A stretch of DNA of 48,858 nucleotides, filler included, from Bipalium vagum (taxonomy: Eukaryota): NCBI GenBank assembly GCA_037834085.1. It is 2 parts of 2 records of this genome, joined end to end, with 100 filler letters (N's around TTAATTAATTAA, not from the genome) between each part and the next. Parts side by side here need not be neighbours in the genome. Positions count along the whole stretch, not along the records: positions 18,742 to 48,858 come from JBBMKC010005356.1; 1 more part is not named here. The stretch is one strand, 5' to 3'. Below the pieces are notes generated by a model. The model ran no database searches, was not told the DNA's origin, and saw only the letters and a list, made by a program, of their open reading frames with translations. A program made the translations under genes and the position numbers. How positions within the stretch are numbered: the stretch's first letter is position 1; every line of letters starts with the position of its first letter. Below, in pieces: positions 36,839 to 48,858 of this stretch.

Positions 36839-39800
36839 TTAATTATTTTCCACTGTCTTTCTCATTCTCTTTTTTCCTTATTTCAGTTAATTAATTAATT
36901 GCTATTTTTTGAGATTGAGAAAATTTTAATTGTTTTATATTCCTTTTCATATTTTGGGAAATACCCTATGCACACCTATAAGTTAATCATTTTGCAGTCG
37001 CAAGACTGTTACTGCTTTCTTTTGAACCCGAATATCGCCAGACTCATCTGGTTATCTGTACAGACTCATGTTTTTCTTTTTTATATATACGCTATTTTTT
37101 ATATTTATTTGTGGCTTCAAAATATAAAATATTTAAACTTAATTTAACCAAAAATAATAAAATAATTGAAACGGTAACTTTCTTCCTTGATCAATCTTTG
37201 GACTGGAAACAAAAAAAATTTTTAATTAAATATTTCAAATCTTTTTAATAAATAAAGATGTTTTAATTAATATTGGTAAAATTGATTCACTGTCCAAAGT
37301 GACCATTGTCGGTAAAGTTCATGAATCTATTTATTCTAGGGATAAATTTGGAAGTATCTCGAGGAAAACAAAGTGGTTCTATTTAATAATACTATTAACA
37401 CCCCATTAATATTTGGATACAAGGTCACCCAGATATAAGTTTTTAATACTCAAGTTACCCACAGTGCTAGAAATAGCTCGTATTGGGTGTAACCATAGTC
37501 TTCGATTATATTCAACATATTGGACGAGAAACTTAAAGCCTCAATTTTTATCATGCAGCCATATTAGGTAAATGGGTACTCTCTATATCTTGTAAAAATA
37601 AAAAAAACTTTTTGTCTAACTGAATTTCTATTTGAATGATTTATATATTTTTCTGTTACTCTTGATCAGCCGGTGATTACCACGTGTACAAGTAATGATT
37701 ATTTCATAATTAGACAATTAAAAAATATTAAAACTTTGAACAAATTTAGAAATAATCTTTAAATTTTCATGAAAAAATTTTTTCATCTATATAACGCTTT
37801 TCGAAACATTTCTCGCAATAATTTTTTTAATTTTATTTAAATTTTTTGACATTTTCTGGATGTTACAATATTTATTTTTATAAAATTGGACGAGGGGTTA
37901 AAAAAAATTAAATTAAATTTTATATTTTATCTAAATATTATTTAAAGTTTTACTACTTATTAGTTTAAGTAGTATGAAATCGAAAAGCGGCTGAAATGGT
38001 TTGAAAATTTACTTTCATTTTGAAATAGCGATAAAAAATTTATACTCAAGAAAAATATTGGTTCTAATTTTAAAAGACAACGAATAAATATTTAGTAAAA
38101 ATATAAATTTTTTTAAAATTACAAATAAAGTTTAAAAAAATAATTATTTAATTTTCAAAATAATTTATTTAATTTTATGAGCTTTTAAATGTTATTTTTG
38201 TCCATGAGTCATAAATGGATTTTTTAAGTTCGCCAAAATTCTTTTTTATTTTTTTGCTGGGAAAGTTTACTCAGTTAAAATATTCATCTTTAGTTTAAAA
38301 AATCGATTAAATTTTTTTTTGTTTGTTAATTAAAATTAATTTAATGTGTTATTTTAATTGAATTTAAACGATATCGAAATATTTCGTTTTTTAATTCTAA
38401 AAAATAGTTTTATTAATTAAAGAATTTAGGTATGCATTTCTATTATTAATTTAATGGCTTACATTAAAAGATTTTAAAACCAACCTTATTTTTAAAATTT
38501 TATTCACAATTCAAGCTTAAATAGGTTAGTATCTCCCCCGTTTTGTGATTGATTCACCACAATGGACCAATAAAAATTAATATTTAAAAGTAATAACCAA
38601 TCGGATAAGGTTTAGTGTTAGGTTACGATAAGGATTGAGAGTTAGGGGTTAAAAATTCTGAAAAATATTATTAGAATTAAAGTTAATGATTTATTTACGG
38701 TTTAAGTCCTGTAAATTTTATTTAAGAAGTATATTTCTAAAAATATCTTAGTTTATGTATTGATTAAATATATTATTTTATTGGTAACTATGGTTAAGAT
38801 GTCAACTTTGAATTTTTTCAAGTTTTTTTGATTTTTGTTTGTTACAAACTTTTTGTAATTAGAAAAAAAAATTTCAGTTTCGTAATAAGAATTTTATTCC
38901 CTTTCAGATAATATATTGATTATCTTTGGTTCATCTTTCAGATCAGTCTAGTTGGCGTTTGGATTCATATATGATCTCTATAAGGATAGTTTCACATATC
39001 CAACAGTCGAAAGCATAACGCAAAATTTTATTGATGTTCAGAAAAATCACCAGAAATACGTTTCATTGATAAATTGCTAAATAAAAATGAGGAATATATA
39101 AAAAATATTTTTAAATGTATTCACGTTAATGCTTAGTGAAAATCATAGTATAAAACGAAATTCGTATAAAAATGAAATAGGTCCCATTTTAAAAATCTGG
39201 TAACAATTTAAATAAAGCAGGTTCTGTATAAACCCTACTCACACAAACGTTTATTCTTATAAATTGAAAATATTTGATTCAAGAAAATTTACTACAGAAA
39301 TATTAAGTAACAGTAAAGTTTACTATAGTGGCAGAGCGACTATAGCCACGGAACTCACGAGAGAATTAAGATGATTCTAAAATAATAGAATAAAAAATCG
39401 AAGAAATCATATTCATATAATCTTTGTGGGTTTTCCCGCCTCTTATGCTACAGTACCCACAACATTAAAATTCGGGATATTTTCAGTCTACTAATTATTT
39501 GAAATATGATCTTGATCAGATAGTGAACGATTTCCTGCTGAGCTCACCAGATATTGAAAAAAGATGCTCTGATGACTAAAAAATTACAATTTTTGTTTGA
39601 TTTTTGAATAAAATCTCTTTTGGCAAGTTAAATTGTCTATCTATTCATAGTATGGTCCGCTAGCTAAAACCTACCCGGAAACTAAATTTTAGTGGCCTGC
39701 TTGTCTCAAAAAAAAATATAAAATATTTTAGTATCTCAAGAAATATCGAAGTCAATACATATCAGAAATACACTTTATTTGGCTTCTTTATTCTTAAATA

Positions 39801-39959
39801 TGTATACAAATATTCTCTATTATAGTTGGTAACAAGAACGAACTAAGAGTAAATATGACGAATAATCACATGAAGTCCATAATTCCATTGTCTTCTTCGA
39901 AATGCAAACCTGGTTATAGTGCCATTATTTATAATATGAATCAGTATCACATCTCGCAT

Positions 39960-40420
39960 TCATGCTCCCACTGACATTTATTTACTTGCACTGATCGGTA
40001 TTAGAAAATATCCAAAATATTTCAATTAAGTGTTTTAGCACAACTTTGAGGTTGGTATTATATTGGTAAAATTCCTTTCCTATTTTACTGTTCAAAGCAA
40101 AGCGTTTTTGTTGATTTACAGCATTGTATCTCGTGATTTTCTCAAAGTACTTTTCTGCATTTATTGTTTCGTCACGTGAGGGAAGCTTAAAATGAATAAT
40201 AACTCTGCAGTCCAACCAATTACTCAGCAACATCTTCATTGGATGAAGACTGGTCATAGCAAATGTTTCTGTGATATTGTAAACTTTTTCCAGATAATTT
40301 TTTGTGGTACGTTGTTGTACAGACCAGCATTAGATATCACTGAAATTTTAAGCGATTATATAAACAAATTTTAATGAAATATTACATAATATAGTCATTC
40401 ATCTATAATTTCTCACCATA
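39960..40420 (-). mobile_element. mariner transposase fragment
   Basis: TSLHPMKMLLSNWLDCRVIIHFKLPSRDETINAEKYFEKITRYNAVNQQKRFAL matches mariner LHPKK.ML..WWD..GIIH.ELL...ETIN...Y..QL. Confidence 0.8.
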
Positions 40421-41029
40421 TGAACCAGAAAAATAAGGAATAACATTTTTTGGGCATTTCCAAAATTTTTGTTCTGTTAATTATTTTTTGATTTCCTTAG
40501 ATACTTGTTAGACCAAATCTTCTTGGGTATTCTTCGACTGTTTTGCAAACTTGATTAATGTAATTTTTCAAAAATTGTACGGAAAGGCATTTATTTTGAG
40601 AGTACTCAATTCTTAAATATTGCAAAACCTATTTATTATTTTAACAAATAATAGTATACTTAAAATGTATGAATTTAAAAATCTCTGCATTATTGTGAAG
40701 TTATGAAATCCATTCATGTAAATTGTTAGGAACCAAATTGGGAATAGAAAAAATTTTGAAATTATAAATTTTCTGAAGTTATCGATGATTAAGATATAGT
40801 TGAATGATTGTAATCTATATATTCGCTTAATGTGACCACATTGAGACGTAGTACTTTTGATAACATTAACCCAGGGTTATAAAAATTACTATATCTACCT
40901 ACTTTTATTAATTCAATTATATCTAACAACAACAAATTTTTTTTAAAAAATTATTACTTTCCTAAAGTCGCATTTTAAAACACAATATTTTATTTGGAAT
41001 ATTCATTCACTGTTTTTGGCGTTTCTTTA

Positions 41030-41880
41030 TATCCAATAATTCTTTAAATCCAATAATGTTCATATTCATTATGTTTCTGTTAGATTTTAGCTCTATGTTG
41101 AACACCGCGGAGAAGAATTTTTAAAGCTTCTAGGATTTGAGAATCAGTTGGTGGACTTTCTAAAAACTCTTTCAATTTTATCTTCATTGTTTAGCTTTAT
41201 ATATTGGAATCCGTAACAGGTTGACAAATGTTTCATGTTGTAATTGTTACTACTATTTAGAGATCATTATCAATAACTAACCAATTATGAAATTCCTCTT
41301 TTGACATACCATTTCATTTTTCCGAGATATCGCTAGTAATATAATAAAATTCTTGAAATTCGGAATCTAAATTTAAAAATCACCAACTATTCGCTTGTAC
41401 ACGACTTCCGTCTGCCAAACCATCCATCTGCAATAGAATTTTCTTTAATTGTTTTTCTTGCAATTTTTTATGCTTTTGTCGCATAATAGGCCGTTAATTA
41501 GAGTATGCTTTTCACAAATATCTCTGAACTACATTTTTAAAGTTGATTCAACTTGGAAATATTATCCAGGTCATGTTCTTTTTTCTATTCAGATTTGCAT
41601 TAGTGAGTCTTGCAATTTCAATGTTTGATCTGCTTTTTATCGGCTTACATAAAAGAAGTTGCGAAACCATTAAATAAACAGCTGCACTACGTTGACTCGC
41701 TTTAGGTAATTTGTCATAGTACTCTAAAATTCTTTGTTTTTCACTTAAGGACAAATCCACAAGCTTCATATTTATAAGAGGTACAAGTAAATAATGCTGA
41801 TTTATTTAAAATAGATTTAGTGAGATATCGAAATATAATTGTGAATTGAAATATCAATATAATATAAATCAATATCTAAT
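41030..41880 (-). mobile_element. pogo/Tigger (TIGD-like) element relic, internally deleted
   Basis: HTH MKLVDLSLSEKQRILEYYDKLPKASQRSAAVYLMVSQ, CENP-B-like DGWFGR, and C-terminal VPPTDSQILEALKIL. Confidence 0.75.
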
Positions 41881-41910
41881 TAATACGGTAATCATTTAAA
41901 TTTTCATAAT

Positions 41911-42790
41911 ATGTTAATAATTTCAAAATGTTTAGATCTAAATATTTCAATATTTAAGCCAAGCAAAGAACACTTGAGGGAAGTTCTCATTCATTGCTTC
42001 ATGATGAACAAAACTTCCGCAGAAACCTGCAGGATATTATGCGATGTTTATGGAAAACATGTAGTATCTCAGGATACTTACGAGCGTTGGTTTCATTGCT
42101 TCAGAAGTAATGATTTCAGTGTAAAGCATAAAGAACGCCCAAGCTGTTCTTCCAAATTTGAAAATTACGATTTACAAAATTTATTAGATAAAGATGCCCA
42201 TCAATCACAAAATTAACTTGCCATAAGATTAAGTGTTATCCAGCAGGCAAAGAATAGAAAATGGGTGGCTTATCAATTAAATGCAAGGCAACTGGAAAAC
42301 CGAAAAAGAGTCAGTGACATACTCTTACAAAGACATGAAAAAGTCTTTTTCCAAAGATTATTGACATAAGATGAAAAGTGGATCCATTTTGAAAATCCCT
42401 ATCGTACAAAAGCATGGATTAACTCAGGTCAACCGTAAAAAAACTGCAAGATCAGACCGCTTCTGAAGGAAAACAGTGCACTGCGTTTGATGGGATCAGC
42501 AAGGCGTGGTGTACCATGAGCTTCTCATTTTCAACTGTTCGGTTTAATGACACATGGACATGCTGAGCAGCACTTCAAATCGTACGAAGATGTCCAAAAT
42601 TGGGTCTATAGATGGTTCGCCTCGAAACCAGGAAAGTTCTTTTGGGATGGTATCTATAAATTGACTGAAAGATAGAAGAGATTTGTGGATAACAATGGCC
42701 ATTATTTTGAATACATTTTTTTGTTTCAAAATTACCATGCTTTGGTTATTGAAAAAGTCAACATTATTTATTTTACGCATAATACTTTTC
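41911..42790 (+). mobile_element. mariner relic, mauritiana (Mos1-like) subfamily
   Basis: FKPSKEHLREVLIHCFMMNKTSAETCRIL...YERWFHCFRSNDF, KWVAYQLNARQLENRK, DEKWIHFENP, WDQQGVVYHELL and EQHFKSYEDVQNW...FFWDGIYKLTER*KRFVDNNGHYFE. Confidence 0.92.
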
Positions 42791-43899
42791 AATTCACAAA
42801 TTTTAAATTGTGTGATAATCCGGCTTAATATTTAAACAAATGTAATTGATTTTAAAATTCTTTATTAGATGAAAAAATTTAATTTTTAATAAATAGTTAA
42901 TTTTTGATTACAAGAAACCGCTAATTTTTAATTAATTTATATAGAAAAATCCGGGACCTGATATTTTTGAAAAGATTAACCGTTAGGACATTAAAAGGAT
43001 TCTACTATAAAATATTTAAATCTTAATCATTTTTATGATTTTTGAAATAAAGTGACAATCATGTTTATATGAGTATCGTAAGGTAATGCATCCCACAACG
43101 GAAAAAAGGTTTTTTTTTATCTCATTTACCTCTAAACTTTAACTGATTAGGATTACTTAAAGCCCAATAGAACTAAACCACAATTTTATCAAAATAAAAC
43201 CTTGAAGGAAGGAATCAACTGGTATTTCAGAAGAAAGTAGATATGAGTCTTTTGAAAAGCAAATAAAAAGGAAAAATCGAGTGTGAGAAAACAGAAGTCA
43301 GATAAAGAAGTAATCAAACTTCGAGTTTCAATAGAGTAGAAGAGTTTTTGTATAATGATTTCCAGTGTTTGTATAAGAAAAGTTTAATATATTATTGACT
43401 GTTCTTTATTATTTATGTAGTGATAAATTATTATAGAAATGAAGTGTACAATGATAATCACAAAAATAATATAATGAACTAATTAATTTTTTCTTTTTTC
43501 TTTTCCTTTTTAGTATTTTTGGATATGGAGTATCATCCAGTAAATGATAGAGTGGAACAAAATAATTCCGTAGGTAAGTCGTTAAATTGTCATACATTTA
43601 GTGCAAATCAGAGTTAAGAAGATATTAATGCAGTGCCTAAATCCAAATCCAAATATGGAACAAATTCAGTCCAATACAAAGCCCATTAGGATTCCATTTC
43701 CCTTTTTTATCTCCTAAGAAGAACCGAAAAATAACTGCTTACTTGAGTTAGGAGATAAGACCAAATCCCTTTCATACAAAAAGAAGACTTCTTTAGTTGA
43801 AATGAACGAAATTGATGTAATAAGAGGTGACGTAAATATCCCGGAAGTAATCACTATCCTCAATAATCTCAAAAGGAGATGATGTTTTAAAGAATAAAT

Positions 43900-45400
43900 G
43901 CCCTAGCAATAAACTTAGCTTATCTCAGTCGTTGGGGGCAAACCGTCGAATTTTAGAGTACAGGTCGAACGCTGGTTTTAGAAAAAAGGTGGAGAGAAGT
44001 GCGAGCAGTGGGAGTTTAACCCGAAATAAAAGAAGAGACAAGTGTGGAGAACTATATATTACAGCCAATGATAATTCAAGTTATTTAAAAAGAAGTATGG
44101 AAGCCAGCAAAAAACATTTTTCCGAAAAGAAGTAACTCATGAATTCAGGAATGAACCAATTAGTACTTTTGGGGTCAAATATGGCGTACAATTTTTGAAG
44201 AAAATGTTTCCGCTAATATCAACAGTAATAGATACTTCATTTTTTTTCCGAACATTGATAACAACTCGGGCGCATGTGACCGACTATGGGTCATGCGAAC
44301 ACGGAAAATTTAAAGATATGGCGGGAAAGTGGACGAGGTGGAAGCTAAGGTGGAATTGTCAAAAATACTGGCAGGAAAAAAAGTAATCTGACAAGGTGTT
44401 TAGAAGGATTCGAGGGTACTGTGATCCGCCGAATTTACCTTTGATTAAGACAGGTGAACTTATAGATCCTAAGAGAAATTGGACAATGTTGTCACATATG
44501 CTGGTTCAATATTATGCTAACTGGAAAATAAAGAACAAGAGAAGGTGCTATGACCTTCAACGAAATGTATAATTTATGATGAAAGTGTGGATAGTTGTAG
44601 GAATACTAGTAGATGATTTACAGCAGGACCTAATGGTCATAGATAAAGACTGAGAAGCATAAAAACACTTGTAGGAACAAATACCAATAAATTGCGGGAC
44701 AACGGAACTATTGTTTGGACCAGAGGAGAAGAAAACAGGAATCAAATTTATTCTGAAGCAAAGGAATTACTGGCAGACGTAGAACCAACGAGGGATTGGT
44801 CTAATGAAATGCATGCTTTTACAGTAGAAAGTGAAGAACCTGAAGCCAAGAGTTTGGAAGAATTAGATGAAAAATCGAAAATAAAGAACATTTTAAGAAG
44901 TACAAGTGAAATTTATAAGTCACTGTCTGTCGATTAGATGATAGAAGCCATTATTTTGAACCCATTGTGATGAGGGAGGAATACACAAAAAGACAGAGAT
45001 GCAAGCAAAGAAATGAAGAAAGAAATTGGACTTCAGTCGGAAAATTACCATTCGGAGTTCATCTAATAGTAACCTGGTGAAACGCAAGAAAGTTAAGGCA
45101 CCAACCCCGACATATTAAGAACAGATGAGTATCTCGTGATATTATTCAGAGAGTTTGATATTATTATCTGTCTTAGGATTCACCGAAGGAACTCAAGCTG
45201 CTAAAGAAAGGAAAGAAATTGATCCATGAAGATATAGGAAAGACGAAGCTTAGGCTGAGAAATTCACTAGTAGAGATTCATGTTCTGAGCCAGTAACGCG
45301 TCTGGGAATGGAAAGAAGTAGTGGAAAAGAAATAGTAAAGTTGAGAATGACGGAACTAGAACTATTGATTTATGATATTAAAAGGAAGTTTTGGTTTGTC
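43900..45400 (+). mobile_element. Heavily decayed retroelement-like sequence (possibly gypsy gag-pol)
   Basis: Purine-skewed, GC-richer block with short broken ORFs. WNCQKYWQEKK resembles a decayed CCHC knuckle, and LPFG occurs near 45050. No intact diagnostic motif. Confidence 0.35.
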
Positions 45401-46194
45401 CAAGAATAATATAAAATTTATACTACTACTACTACTAATAATAATAATAATAAATTATTTTATCTTTAATTTTTCGCAGTTAAAAAACTTAATGAATTTA
45501 ACAAAAATTACAAAGAAGATCCTTTAATGAAATCCTTTATATTTTTATCAAAAGTTATATTTTATTCATTTATAATTTATAATTTGGTATTGAAATTTTG
45601 TCTGAACGTTGGACAAAGATAAATGATACCGATGAGCATTATATTATCAAATAAAATATTCTTGTGATTTTATAAAATAATTTTTTGTTCTATACACCTT
45701 TTCCATAAAGACTTATGAGACGACTTTATAAAATAATTAATATTATTATCTTTCTCTAAAACTTTATTTATTAATAATAATTAATTAATCAATATAATTT
45801 TATATTTTATATTTTTACCTTCTTATGAAATAATACGGTAATGGTGGCTGGAAACTAACCAATGGAACAAAATTGATAAATTATTTAATTTATAATTTAA
45901 AAGTAACGAAAGAAACAAATTGAGTCCAATGGTACATTAAACAAATAAATATAACTAAAATTGACAGATGACTGAAGTTAAAAAGAATGAAGTTTTGTCA
46001 AAGAAATTCGCTTATACTCCCTTTTCAGAAAGATGAAAATACAATTTTGTAATAGAATAGTGAAAGAATAGTGAAAATCAATTTTTTGTTTAAATCACAA
46101 ACATTTATTACACTGAAAAATGGACAACACAACTATAATTCAACATAAATACGATTATATAACGTCATCCCTGAAGGGAGAATGAGAAAAATAT

Positions 46195-46951
46195 TTAGAA
46201 TATAAATTTTTGCTTTTCCAAGTATGAAGAATGATTGTTGATTCTTCCCATTTTTATACTGGACACTGATAATCCACGGGGTCTGGGTGTTGCTATCAAC
46301 TGTCCCGTCATTAAAGGAGTGGAATTTCGACGTAAATCACCTTCACTGATCGTTTTGCAGTGCACAATACAAGAAAGAAATTGCCTTCGATAAGTGAGGC
46401 TGAGAATACAAAGAATCACGGGGTTTAGACAGTGGTATAGGTATGATAATATCTCACTTATTATTTGTATACTAACAAAAGCTTCATCAAAAACGAAAAC
46501 ATATATTTTGTGGATTTGTTCGGGCAATTTACATAAAATAAATATTATAACCAAGCAGAGGACGATTTTCGCTAATTTTTGTCGAGAATTTATATGAGCT
46601 GAGTTGACAGTGTTGATATTCCAGATATTATATCGGGATATCAAATATACGGCAATAACTATGTAGCATATTCCAATTGAGATAAAAGGAATTAAAAAAT
46701 ATATGGAAAATGTAATCCAGAACTGTTGGACTTTTTCATCATATGAATTGTATTCTGTTCTAATTGAACAGATTTCCATATATATGCAGTCAGATGAGCT
46801 TATGTTGACTCGAGCTATGTTGCTCTTCATTGTGAAAGGAATACCCACACCTATTGATGCTACCCATATGATAAATAAGCCTATTATTGCGAACCACTTT
46901 GATTGATTGGGAGATAATTGTCTTCGAAGTGGGCAAACAATGACTCGTAAT
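46195..46951 (-). CDS. Class A neuropeptide GPCR, CCHamide/excitatory-peptide/bombesin-receptor-like; terminal exon (ICL2 to C-terminus)
   Basis: Acceptor ATTTTAG| in phase 2 at the Arg of the DRY position, then RLRVIVCPLRR. TM4 FIIWVASIGVGIP, TM5 YFLIPFISIGICYIVIAVYLI, SRQKLAKIVLCLVIIFILCKLP, TM7 HCLNPVILCILSLTYRRQF; stop at 46195. Upstream exons were not found in the window. Confidence 0.92.
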
Positions 46952-48784
46952 CTAAAATTAAATAGTTTCTTTTATTATCAGTTTAAATCCTGAATTTTTC
47001 CAAGCTGGTGGAAAGCAATATGATAAAAATATCATTTTTACATTTATAAGAAATTTTTTTATTAAGTTCTTATTATTTTATATTTTTAGTAACGGTTACA
47101 AAAAGTTAAATTTGGAAAAGTTTTGTCCAAATATATTATTTTTATTACACAGTACTCAATAAGTGTACTCAGAAATATTTTATTTATTATTTAAATATTT
47201 ATTTTATTAATGGGAAAACCCTAGCAGTCTATTTATATTTATTTTTCTTCTATCATTACAACTCACAGGGTGATCGAACACATTACTTATTCTACTTGTT
47301 GTGAATGTTCACTAATTCGATAATGAGATAACGTTGTGTCTGCAGTGTGTGCGGAAAATCTGTAATAATATATTTTAATTTAGTATTTTAGTTAATATTT
47401 AATTATTATATATTTTGTGTTTAATAATTTCATATTTGGTATTCAAACAACGTTTTAAGTGCCCTACGGCTTTTATAATTCATGTAAGATCATAATTAAT
47501 CTTTATGGAACATTAAAAATCAATAGCTCATTTATATTTTAATGAATGAAATAAATTTATTGGTGCCAGTTAAAATTATTTTAATTGATATATAAATAAT
47601 GTTTCTTTTATTTTTACAAATATTTCGGTTCTAATTAAATTCCACTTATAACTTCACATAATTGAAATCAAAGTTGGGGTCGAGAATTATGATAATTAGA
47701 GAGAACTTGGTTTCAAGAGCATTGTCTGTTTATTATTATTAATTATATTAAAGCACAGGTTATATTAATTATTATTTTTAAAATAAAAAATAGTCCTATT
47801 ATCGTCTTATTTTTATTAATTAAAACAAAAGTTATTAAAACATGAATATCTTGTTATTTGCATTCCTAGAGACACAGCCTAAAGCCATATAATTTAACTG
47901 TTAAAAATCAAAGAAATCCAAAAATGTTTCATCCAAAAATTTAGTAAAAATAAAATTTGTATTTTAAATGGTGTTTTCTTCTGATATTTCTGCGAATGAC
48001 ATTTATAATATTACCAAAGGGAAATGCAATTGTAAATTATATTTTCCTTCCTTAATTAAAGCTATATCCATTAAACTTTAATCAGCTTTCGCATTTCAAA
48101 TGGACCCCGAAAAACATGATCCTCGTGTGGTATAGTTTTGTGGTATTTTACTGAAATTTTGTTTATTAAATAAATGTTACCAAACAAAAATTTGCTGTGT
48201 AAATAATACGATAACAATAATCAGATATCGTATAATTGATTTTTCAATTATAATTAAATAATTCAATTAAAATTTATTGGTAGAAATAAAGTTAAAAATA
48301 ATTGTAATTTTTATAGAATTTGTCAAGTATTTTCATTGAGGACAAAAGAAACTTTTTGGAATAGATTTTATTTGTTTTAAATATTACAATAAATTACAAA
48401 ATTCAAATTCAAATTATTTTATTTACAATAATTTTAACGAATGATTTTTAATTTAAACTTTTTTTTCAAAATAACTAAAATTATTCCATCATCTTTTTAA
48501 AAATTATGAAAATTAAATTAAAATCATTTATTTATAATAATTATAATTTTTTTAAATTTTTAAAATTAAAAATTCATATTAAATTACCAATTGTCTGATA
48601 ATTAATATAACATAATTAATAATAACAAGCTAAATTGTTTAAAAGTCGTCATAGTGTCTAATATCGAAGCAATAAAATTTTTTTAAAACTTTAAATTTAG
48701 TTAATAAAAAATGATATATTCTAAATAATTATTGTTTTTCTATCACGTATGGTTTTCATTTTTACAATTTAATTTTTATTTATA

Positions 48785-48858
48785 CAGTTTAGTCCGGTTA
48801 TTACGAATCCGGATATTACAAAAAATCGGTTATTACGAAAAATAATTTTGGCAATGGC
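48785..48858 (+). mobile_element. pogo/Tigger-like terminal inverted repeat (element continues past the window)
   Basis: TA-CAGT start followed by three subterminal repeats CGG(T/A)TATTAC(G/A)AA. Confidence 0.6.

Noticed and set aside
43820-43850. IRGDVNIP as a LINE APE-endonuclease GDFN motif
   Set aside because: A single short motif with no other APE or RT motifs in order.
1-48858. CRISPR arrays, rRNA, tRNA, prokaryotic operons, alternative genetic code
   Set aside because: No repeat-spacer arrays or recognisable structural RNAs were seen. Host exons translate cleanly in the standard code with spliceosomal introns.

Overview
Very AT-rich animal (invertebrate-like) genomic DNA, with GT-AG introns as short as ~45 bp and a dense load of decayed transposons. 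Two host genes are well supported, both on the minus strand. One is a ~10-exon RhoGAP gene of the ARHGAP29/ARHGAP45/GMIP (SPV-1) type at ~5.5-18.2 kb, about 599 aa by my manual splicing. The other is the terminal exon (TM4-TM7) of a CCHamide/bombesin-type neuropeptide GPCR at 46195-46951. A GC-richer, microsatellite-bearing region at ~22.5-23.8 kb looks like a bidirectional promoter, with a weakly supported spliced plus-strand transcript. Most of the rest is relics of Tc1/mariner elements (several mariner subfamilies, DD41D/rosa, DD34E Tc1/Tc3, one DD36E), pogo/Tigger, a Ty3/gypsy-like gag-protease and a Penelope-like element. The most unusual signal is not in the ORF track: a frameshifted, intronless Zn-ribbon + HNH-type endonuclease gene at 36285-36838. 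It resembles a family seen in giant viruses, polinton-like viruses and phages, and lies at the end of a ~1.7 kb extremely AT-rich island that may be an endogenous viral fragment. A 100-bp artificial gap spacer lies at 18642-18741. All family assignments come from motif recognition by eye, not from database searches.
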